From assembly GCA_964480775.1 (NCBI GenBank), contig CAYZRF010000017.1, positions 7,305 to 39,304 on the forward strand: a stretch of 32,000 nt of DNA. Direction: 5' to 3'. Below, in pieces: positions 25,486 through 32,000 of this stretch (positions are counted from its first letter, which is position 1; each line of letters opens with the position of its first letter). A model generated the notes under the pieces. That model had not been told where the DNA came from and ran no database searches. It saw only the letters and a program-made list of their open reading frames with translations. Origin of the DNA: an uncultured Nitrososphaerota archaeon. GTDB taxonomy: Archaea > Korarchaeota > Korarchaeia > Korarchaeales > Korarchaeaceae. The position numbers and the translations under genes are program-made.

Positions 25486-27824
25486 TCTTCCTTCACCCTT
25501 ACAAGCTCTTCTATTAAAGTAGGATCGGGTATCTCAGTTTCCTTCCATCCTTTCTTCTCTAATTCAGCGAGAATTTCATCTTTCATAGTTATAGGAATGT
25601 CTGCAGGCCTTCTCACGAATAGATGAATGTCATCGGGCATTTTGCCGTAAAATCTCTTATATAAGTCGATATAATGCGTTAGCTTTATTGCTCTACCCTT
25701 GGTAGTGTCATTTGCTCTCATGCAGAGCTTTGCAGCCATAACCATGGCCTCCTCCTTAGTCTCAGCTGCATAGAAAAGGTGTTCAGGAACCGGACCAACA
25801 TAGACTCGCTTCCCAGTCCTTGCATCGTAAACATACCAGTCTTCCTCCCTTTCTTTTCTCCCTAGAAGCATCCTTCTATACTTTGCCCCATGAGGTCCAA
25901 CAATTACAGGAACTCCCAGCCTCCAGAAACCAGATGCTATCGATGCAGCCTTCTGAGACATGGCTCCCCACGCGATCCCTACTGCTCCAACTCTGTTAAG
26001 TATGTAATCCGCTATCTCCATGTAATTAGCTCTAAGTGGCCTTTTAGCAAATATGTTGGCTATTTTAATTGCAGCTCCGGATATATGGGCATTTGAGACA
26101 CATGAACCAACGTTAATAAGACATCCGGCATCGAAATTCCCTGGATAAAGCTCGTACAAGGTCTTTCCTTCATCGTTCTTGTACATTCCTATAGTCATAG
26201 CAGCACAACCTGAGACCACTACTATGTATTTTCTCTTTAGGAATTCTTCTGCCATCTCTACTAGTTCATATCCCCCATCCGCATAGTTAGCACATCCAAC
26301 GAAGGCTATGATTCCTGGTATCTCCCCAAGAACTATCGATCTTCCGACATCCCTGATCTCAGTATCTTGTATCGGACCCCTTCCAACCCTCACGTTAAAG
26401 ATCTCACTCTTCACCTTTCTCTCGGAGGATTTAACCATCATTGTAATAATGTTAAGCTCAGATGGACATGCTGACTCACACCTTCCACAGGCTATGCAAA
26501 AATCATATAGCTCAGCTAGTTTAGAAAGATCTCCTTCCTTAGCGCTAGTCATAGCCTCAGGTATAGGCAGGGAATTTGGACACGCCTTTTGACAGAAGCC
26601 ACAATTGCGACACTTTTTGGCCTCCTCAATTACTTCTTCTACACTTGGAAGGCCCTTGAACTTTTTCCTTTCTGGAGCAAGCCTGATGGCTACCTTAGCA
26701 GCTACTTCTCCGACCTTATCCATGTCAAGTATTAGAACACCTTTCTGTCTCCCTGAGACCAGGTCCTCAACTATCTCATCGACGGGGTCGTTTGATCTAT
26801 CAGGTAGTCCTCTGCATGCTTTCTCGCTTGCCGCTATCAAAGGTGCATTTATCTTTGCTGCTTCATCAAGGACATCCGTTCTAATGCATTGTTCATCAAC
26901 CACTATGACATCCGGAACTCCTGTTCTTATGAAGCGAAGTTCCCAAGATATTGGACCTATGATCTTTGCTTGGTCGCTATATCTTGTTATGTCGTGAGCC
27001 GTGCAACAGAGTCCACAGACCTCAACTTCATCTTTGAGGCCCGTCTCATTAAGATAGTTAACGATGTAAACTGATGGGATGACATTGTGACCAATAACAA
27101 GTATTACGGGCTTTTTCAGGTCAACGACACCTAATCCCAACGGAGCAAGAGGAGCATTTGGATCTCCCTTTGGAAAATTGAAAGCAGCAATCTGAGCTAT
27201 ATCTGCTACTTCCATGGCAACATGATCCAACATTCCCGCGTGAAAGACCTTGGATTCAAAGTCGATGTTATCTCCCTCCTGCCCTGTATGGGTTGATGCA
27301 AGAAGATGTGTGATTTGCTCCTCAACGTAGTCCAAGACCTCCTCAAGATCTCCTATTGTCTTTGGCTTTATCCCTGTTACCAATCTCATGTTTGGAGCCT
27401 CCAAGGCCACTTGATCTCCTAAATCTAATGGGAAGTCCCTTCCATATCTCTCCACTAAAAATTCTACGATCTCTCTCGCATGGCCAGTGTGAGTTGCGGC
27501 CCCTATACAGCAGGCAAGTAGTACTATCCTAGACTGTTGAGCATCTAATTTTATCCCACAGGCGCCTTTCTTATCCTTCGTGAGATCGCATTTTCCGAAA
27601 GTACATAGACAGCAGAGGTCACAGAACGGAAGATAGAGGGGCCTATATCTGTTTAGAAGCTTATAATCCCACCTTCTAAGAGATGTTATGGACGGCATTG
27701 GAGTAGGTCCCAAGGGTTCTTCCCATTCCTCTTCTACTCTCCCAAGAATTATCTCAAGATTCCTAAAGGTAGCTATATCGGTTTTAAGTTCCCCTACCTT
27801 GAATGTTACTCCCTTTCTGGTCAA
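25482..27824 (-). CDS. cdhA: Acetyl-CoA decarbonylase/synthase alpha subunit (Ni-Fe CO dehydrogenase, C-cluster)
   Basis: 780-aa ORF that is collinear with archaeal CdhA. It has the N-terminal CDLCCLCTFGKCDL cluster motifs and the inserted ferredoxin domain CRNCGFCQKACP / CIACGRCESACP. It also has GCPNY-like FVGCANY and NVGSCVSNAHISGAA. The start is TTG at 27824, with GGTG 7 nt upstream. Confidence 0.95.
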   Translation of the reverse strand: MTRKGVTFKVGELKTDIATFRNLEIILGRVEEEWEEPLGPTPMPSITSLRRWDYKLLNRYRPLYLPFCDLCCLCTFGKCDLTKDKKGACGIKLDAQQSRIVLLACCIGAATHTGHAREIVEFLVERYGRDFPLDLGDQVALEAPNMRLVTGIKPKTIGDLEEVLDYVEEQITHLLASTHTGQEGDNIDFESKVFHAGMLDHVAMEVADIAQIAAFNFPKGDPNAPLAPLGLGVVDLKKPVILVIGHNVIPSVYIVNYLNETGLKDEVEVCGLCCTAHDITRYSDQAKIIGPISWELRFIRTGVPDVIVVDEQCIRTDVLDEAAKINAPLIAASEKACRGLPDRSNDPVDEIVEDLVSGRQKGVLILDMDKVGEVAAKVAIRLAPERKKFKGLPSVEEVIEEAKKCRNCGFCQKACPNSLPIPEAMTSAKEGDLSKLAELYDFCIACGRCESACPSELNIITMMVKSSERKVKSEIFNVRVGRGPIQDTEIRDVGRSIVLGEIPGIIAFVGCANYADGGYELVEMAEEFLKRKYIVVVSGCAAMTIGMYKNDEGKTLYELYPGNFDAGCLINVGSCVSNAHISGAAIKIANIFAKRPLRANYMEIADYILNRVGAVGIAWGAMSQKAASIASGFWRLGVPVIVGPHGAKYRRMLLGRKEREEDWYVYDARTGKRVYVGPVPEHLFYAAETKEEAMVMAAKLCMRANDTTKGRAIKLTHYIDLYKRFYGKMPDDIHLFVRRPADIPITMKDEILAELEKKGWKETEIPDPTLIEELVRVKEE

Positions 27825-27849
27825 TATGAGGCACCGTTCACCAACTGCA

Positions 27850-27869
27850 TCCTTAAAATAAAACTTTAC
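27850..27869 (-). promoter_or_regulatory. Candidate TATA box for the cdh operon
   Basis: The minus strand reads GTAAAGTTTTATTTTAAGGA, and its 3' end is about 26-30 nt upstream of the cdhA TTG. This is pattern only. A more distal promoter within the 427-nt AT-rich spacer cannot be excluded. Confidence 0.25.
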
Positions 27870-28251
27870 CCCTCCAATGATTCAGGAGCTTTTAGAGAGA
27901 GAAAAATATCTGTTCTCGCTTTTAACTTGCATACAACTGGGAATTTGTTTATTTAAGCGAATAAAAACTGGAATTCTAAATGGAAAATTTATAAACCAAA
28001 GCAAAATATGCTTCAGAAGCTCTCACTTTGAGTTTTGACTGAAGAAAAATGCTTTTTAAATCAATTAAAAACTCCGCTGTTATATTCCTTAAATGGAGGA
28101 TCCTTAAATTTATTCAGATTAAAATATGGCATTACCAACAAGACTAGAAAATCCCGCAGTTTAGGAAAATATTTTAACAAATGCCAAGGGCTCGTCTTTT
28201 TTTCAAAACATACCTAAAATTCCAAAATTTTACTAAATTAATTTATGACGT

Positions 28252-29043
28252 TTATTGTTTATGAAAATATTTCTCTCTAAGCTTGTCTTTCAATTCTTTA
28301 ATTGCTCTAACGGCTTCACAGCTTGGATCATAATCTAAAAGAGCTTTTCCTGTAATTTCAGCCTTTATCACCGCTTCATCGTATGGAACATAACCTATTG
28401 TAGGCACTCCTAGCTCTTCTATTTTTTTAAAAATGAGTCTGGCTTGTTCTTCTCCCTTCACTTTGTTCCCCACGGCTAGAAAATTCTTTACTCCTATGTC
28501 TTTAGAAAGTTTCAATATTCTCTTGGCCGTTATTATAGACTTGGCCCCGGGTTCTACAATACATAACATGCAGTTCACTCCTCTGGCGGTTCCTCTTCCA
28601 AGATGTTCTAAACCAGCAACCATATCCATAATCACAATGTCTTTAGTCCCTACGACAAGATGAGACATCAAAGCACGTAAAAAGGCATTTTCAGGGCACA
28701 AACACCCAGAATTTCCTGCTCTAACTGTTCCCATTACAATTAGCTTAACTCCATCAGGACCAATTATTCCAAACTTATCTACAATGTCATCAACTTTTGG
28801 GTTCATCCGTAGTATGGCACCAAAGGAAGATTCTGTTCTAGATCGAATTAACTCAGCGTTTTCAGAGATTGGGACAATTTTAGAAGCAACTGAGTCCTCA
28901 ATTCCCAGCGATATATGCAAGTTCAGATTTGGATCTGCATCCACCGCTAGCACGTTATAACCATCCTTGGCAAGAAGTCTAGCTAGAGTTCCAGCTATTG
29001 TAGTCTTCCCAACACCACCTTTTCCAACTACGGCGATCTTCAT
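28252..29043 (-). CDS. cooC: CooC-type nickel-insertion ATPase, paralog 2
   Basis: MKIAVVGKGGVGKTTIAGTLARLL (deviant Walker A), VDADPN, and CXC motif NSGCLCPEN. I prefer the ATG at 29043 over the ORF-track start at 29151. The extra 36 residues lack P-loop-family similarity and would overrun the divergent promoter. Confidence 0.86.
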   Translation of the reverse strand: MKIAVVGKGGVGKTTIAGTLARLLAKDGYNVLAVDADPNLNLHISLGIEDSVASKIVPISENAELIRSRTESSFGAILRMNPKVDDIVDKFGIIGPDGVKLIVMGTVRAGNSGCLCPENAFLRALMSHLVVGTKDIVIMDMVAGLEHLGRGTARGVNCMLCIVEPGAKSIITAKRILKLSKDIGVKNFLAVGNKVKGEEQARLIFKKIEELGVPTIGYVPYDEAVIKAEITGKALLDYDPSCEAVRAIKELKDKLREKYFHKQ

Positions 29044-29144
29044 TCTTCTCAAAGATGTTTTGCAACCTCGATATAATGATAATGGTACTACACTCTTGAG
29101 TAAATACGTTTTAATGTCATTCAAGACAATCCCCACACGATGAT
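29044..29144. promoter_or_regulatory. Divergent promoter region between cooC paralog 2 and the nucleotidyltransferase-like gene
   Basis: This 101-nt spacer contains two AT boxes, GATATAATGATAATGG (29070-29085) and TAAATACGTTTTAATG (29101-29116). Each lies about 25-35 nt from one of the two start codons, which suggests back-to-back promoters with very short leaders. Confidence 0.3.
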
Positions 29145-30170
29145 ATGACACACAGAAAAGAAAGTTGGATGGAAGGTGACTTCATAGAGAACTTAGACGG
29201 AGTAATCTTCAATGTCAAAGGTAATCTTCATCCAAAAAACTCCGTTGTAGCTTTTGTTAGGTATGTACCTGATTCGAAAGGTGATAGAAGAAGAGATTCT
29301 ATTATTTACAGAAAGCTTCACTCTCTAAATGAGAAGATCCAGTTTCTTAGAGCAAATTATCCTCAATATTTAGTGAAGGATCCAGTATTTGACGAAAAAG
29401 TCTGTGAAGTTCCTAACAATGAAATACTAAGGTTCTATGATCCAAAAAGGAAAGCTCAAGAGATTCTTCTTTTGGAGGAGACAGATTTCTTAAAACTAAA
29501 AATCAAGAGGTTTATAAGGCTTATCTCATGCCTCTCAAACGTTCCATCCTCTTCCTTTGGGGTTTCTGGGTCTGTATTGGTAGACCTTCACAAAGCCAGC
29601 TCAGACATGGATCCATTAGTCTATGGATCTGAAAACTGCTACAAAGTATATGAAACACTTGTAGAGCTGCATAAATGCTCAAAAACAGTTAGAAGTCTAA
29701 ATAAGAGAGAGATTGAGAGATTATACAAGGATAAAATTAAAGACACTCTCTTTGAGTTTGAAGCTTTCGCCAGATCAATGAAAGGTAGGGTGATGGAGGG
29801 CATCTTTGAGGGCACGCTATACTCAATAAGATTTCTAAAGGATCCAAGAGAAATCAAAGAAGAGTATAGCAAAATATCGTTCAAAAACCTAGGAGAGGTA
29901 GAAATAGAGGGAAGGGTAATTGACGCAAAAGAGGCTATCTTCACTCCGTGTCGCTACACACTAGATGATGTCAGGATTATTAGTGGAAGTTCTCCTGAGG
30001 ATATTAGAGAAGTGTGCTCCTTCCGATCTAGATTTTGCGATATAGCCAAGGAGAGGGATGTGATAAGAGCAAGAGGTAAATTGGAGAGGGTCATAACAAG
30101 AGAGGATGAATATCTAAGGGTTTTGGTGGGAGGAAAGCGCTCTCACTTTATGGTGAGATTAATTACGTAA
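29145..30170 (+). CDS. Uncharacterised Pol-beta-superfamily nucleotidyltransferase-like protein with a C-terminal beta-barrel (OB-like) region, paralog A
   Basis: 341-aa ORF with the nucleotidyltransferase core FGVSGSVLVDLHKASSDMDPLVYG (G-S ... D-x-D). It aligns over its full length with the convergent neighbour: N-terminal NVKGNLHP...FVRYVP and C-terminal EDIREV...RARGKLERV...YLRVLVG. ATG at 29169 is an alternative start. Confidence 0.72.
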   Translation: MTHRKESWMEGDFIENLDGVIFNVKGNLHPKNSVVAFVRYVPDSKGDRRRDSIIYRKLHSLNEKIQFLRANYPQYLVKDPVFDEKVCEVPNNEILRFYDPKRKAQEILLLEETDFLKLKIKRFIRLISCLSNVPSSSFGVSGSVLVDLHKASSDMDPLVYGSENCYKVYETLVELHKCSKTVRSLNKREIERLYKDKIKDTLFEFEAFARSMKGRVMEGIFEGTLYSIRFLKDPREIKEEYSKISFKNLGEVEIEGRVIDAKEAIFTPCRYTLDDVRIISGSSPEDIREVCSFRSRFCDIAKERDVIRARGKLERVITREDEYLRVLVGGKRSHFMVRLIT

Positions 30171-31250
30171 CCAGCTCTTTGGCAGAATAAAGTCCCTTCC
30201 TTTAGCTTCAAAAGATCCGACTAACACTCTAAGGTATGTTGAACCATCCTCAACGTTCTTCACAGACTCAAGCTTTCCTCTGACAACTATCTCCTCTCCT
30301 TCTTCAGCTATTCCAGAAAAGAGACCTTCGTAACTGACAACTTCCCTTATCTCAGGACGAGACTTATTATCAATTGTCTTAGCCTCTCTTATTGAATACT
30401 TTGAGGGCATGAAAAAAGAGTCCCTACAGTCTTCCACGAAACAGCTAATTGTGATCATGCCAAGCGATTGGTATTTCTTTTGACCGTACCTTTCCTCCAC
30501 CTCTGCTTCTGTCTTAACAGGATGGATGGAAAATTGTCTCCCTCTAAAAAGTCCCCTATCCCTCTTTTTTCTACAAAGCTTAGCTGCTATCTTCGGTTCC
30601 AGAAAGTATATCTTAGCTACATCCTTAATACGGCGTTCTAGAAGCTCTCCACTTAGCGGTTCAAGCCCATCATAGCTCTCATATAGTTGTGGTAGCTGCT
30701 CCAAGAGCTTTACAGAATTCTCTCTGCTGTACACAATTAGATCTATATCAGAGAACCTAGGGTTATGTATGCCCAAAAGTAAGGAGCCAGTAAGTCCGAA
30801 GTTCTCTATAGCTATTTTACATTCTCTTGAAAGGATTGAGATGAGTTCAACTACCTCTTCCTCTAACGGATCCCGGTTCTCCTTAGAAAAAATCTGTTTT
30901 ACCCTTTCTTCTGGAAGGAAGTGGACTTTTATGTCTTCTATAGGCACGGCCGTTATCAAAATATTCATAAAGGGATCCTCATAGAGGTACTCTGGTTTCT
31001 TCTCACTCAAGTACTCCTGTGTCGAGAGAACTCCAACGGTACTATAATATGGCAATATCCTGTTATACCCTATGTTGCCCTTTTTCCACTTAGTACTCTC
31101 ACTTATTCTCTCTGGTATATACTTTAGATATGAAATAACCCTGCTGGGTGGATGAACATTTCCAATGACACAAAAGAACATTCCTTCTTTGTCCATGAGA
31201 TAATCTCTGTCTCTGAAGCAAGTCTTAGCTCTTGTTTGATCCTGAGCCAT
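30159..31250 (-). CDS. Uncharacterised Pol-beta-superfamily nucleotidyltransferase-like protein with a C-terminal beta-barrel (OB-like) region, paralog B
   Basis: 363-aa ORF with the core FGLTGSLLLGIHNPRFSDIDLIVYS (G-S ... D-x-D). It shares blocks with paralog A: CVIGNVHP...YLKYIP and PEIREV...VVRGKLESV...YLRVLVG. The two 3' ends overlap by 12 nt. Confidence 0.72.
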   Translation of the reverse strand: MAQDQTRAKTCFRDRDYLMDKEGMFFCVIGNVHPPSRVISYLKYIPERISESTKWKKGNIGYNRILPYYSTVGVLSTQEYLSEKKPEYLYEDPFMNILITAVPIEDIKVHFLPEERVKQIFSKENRDPLEEEVVELISILSRECKIAIENFGLTGSLLLGIHNPRFSDIDLIVYSRENSVKLLEQLPQLYESYDGLEPLSGELLERRIKDVAKIYFLEPKIAAKLCRKKRDRGLFRGRQFSIHPVKTEAEVEERYGQKKYQSLGMITISCFVEDCRDSFFMPSKYSIREAKTIDNKSRPEIREVVSYEGLFSGIAEEGEEIVVRGKLESVKNVEDGSTYLRVLVGSFEAKGRDFILPKSWLRN

Positions 31251-31269
31251 GAGCTACACTCTCATGACC

Positions 31270-32000
31270 TCAAGACATCAACGACTTCTTAAGCATATCA
31301 TAATCCGTTTTGCCAGAAGCAAACGAACTACCACTTTTCCTATTAAAAACGCTAATTGCGCCAGGTGCAAAGAAAGCAGGATCAAGCTTTGACCAGTCAA
31401 AATCAACTTCCTTTAAGGTCTCGTATGAGGTCTTTCCATAGTAGGCGGAAGTTGAGGCTGGAGCATCCTCTACAAGTTCTTTTAGCTTAGAATCGTCGTC
31501 AAAGTCAACCGTATATGCTGTAGATCCTCCGTATATTAGTGCATCCTCCTCTCTGGCTAAGGTAACCTTTTCATCTGGATGAATTGGCATTATTGGCGCT
31601 GAACCAGTCCCAAAAACGACTTTCTTTGGGTCAAATCCCAAGTAATCAAGTCTATACATCCCTACCTCAGCTATCCTTCCAGATACTTGGACAGAGCCAG
31701 CTGTAGAGTTCGTGGTTGTTAATACGAGGTAAACATCCTCCGGTTTGACGCCGCACTTTTCAGCCACGTACTTTGCTACATCATCTCCAGGCATTTTATT
31801 CGTTTCCAAGATTAAGATCGCAACGTCGCTATCATCCCTATACTCTATCTTTTCGAAGACCTTCTTTGGTTTCAAGGCTAGAGCTCTAGCTGGACCTGAT
31901 GCCATGCAGAAGAAGCTCTCGGTCTTAACACCCCATCCTGCAAGCTGAGATCCGAGCAAAGAGATGGCAGGATAATCTGTGCTAACGAAAATAGTCGGTA
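31270..32000 (-). CDS. mch: Methenyltetrahydromethanopterin cyclohydrolase (5' end outside the window)
   Basis: The frame stays open upstream of the ORF-track start, which is an internal TTG/Leu. It reads ...PTIFVSTDYPAISLLGSQLAGWGVK, which matches the conserved Mch segment. The rest is collinear with Mch (MASGPARALA, GSAPIMP). Confidence 0.9.
   Translation of the reverse strand, partial: PTIFVSTDYPAISLLGSQLAGWGVKTESFFCMASGPARALALKPKKVFEKIEYRDDSDVAILILETNKMPGDDVAKYVAEKCGVKPEDVYLVLTTTNSTAGSVQVSGRIAEVGMYRLDYLGFDPKKVVFGTGSAPIMPIHPDEKVTLAREEDALIYGGSTAYTVDFDDDSKLKELVEDAPASTSAYYGKTSYETLKEVDFDWSKLDPAFFAPGAISVFNRKSGSSFASGKTDYDMLKKSLMS

Noticed and set aside
28035-28217. A 60-aa ORF in the long spacer upstream of cdhA.
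   Set aside because: It lies in very AT-rich DNA and has a TTG-type start. Its composition is Lys/Asn/Leu-rich, as expected from random AT-rich sequence. It has no Shine-Dalgarno sequence and no recognisable fold or motif. The region is more likely promoter, leader or terminator DNA.
29044-29151. N-terminal extensions given by the longest-ORF calls: cooC paralog 2 to 29151, mer to 15672, RACo to 20716 and the enoyl-CoA hydratase to 7715.
   Set aside because: The extended residues lack family similarity and overlap upstream genes or promoters. Internal ATG codons with good Shine-Dalgarno sequences give canonical N-termini.
1-32000. A search for CRISPR repeats, IS or transposase genes, integrases, prophage genes, toxin-antitoxin pairs, rRNA/tRNA and obvious pseudogenes or frameshifts.
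   Set aside because: I saw no regularly spaced repeats, no terminal inverted repeats flanking ORFs and no recognisable mobile-element proteins. All conserved genes are full length with intact motifs. I cannot exclude small ncRNAs, such as C/D-box sRNAs, in the intergenic regions, but I found no convincing box C/D arrangement by eye.

Overview
This window looks like chromosomal DNA from an archaeon, probably a thermophile. That is inferred from AT-rich sequence, Glu/Lys/Ile-rich proteins, AGA/AGG Arg codons, several TTG/GTG starts, AT-rich TATA-like boxes close to start codons, and tightly packed or overlapping operons. I found no rRNA, tRNA, CRISPR array, transposase or integrase, and all large ORFs look intact.

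The content falls into four blocks:
1. About 0.4-10.4 kb is a beta-oxidation-type module. It holds an acyl-CoA dehydrogenase, EtfBA, a minimal HdrA-like flavoprotein, a divergent HdrC/HdrB-like pair, and a thiolase-DUF35-hydroxyacyl-CoA dehydrogenase-enoyl-CoA hydratase operon. A 4xCBS protein sits upstream.
2. About 11.9-17.8 kb is an F420/H4MPT module. It holds mtd, an MFS transporter, a divergent CofE-like protein, a CooT-like protein with a C-terminal extension, a small orphan ORF, mer, and a ferredoxin-fused FrhB-family protein.
3. About 17.9-29.0 kb is a complete acetyl-CoA decarbonylase/synthase operon, cdhABCDE. It is accompanied by a RACo-type corrinoid activase and two different CooC-type nickel-insertion ATPases.
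4. About 29.1-31.25 kb is a convergent, 3'-overlapping pair of paralogous uncharacterised Pol-beta-type nucleotidyltransferase proteins with a barrel-like C-terminus. A 5'-truncated mch follows.

The best candidates for undescribed biology are the ETF-plus-soluble-Hdr-like arrangement inside the beta-oxidation cluster and the nucleotidyltransferase paralog pair next to the second cooC. All family calls come from motif recognition by eye. No database search or computation was run.
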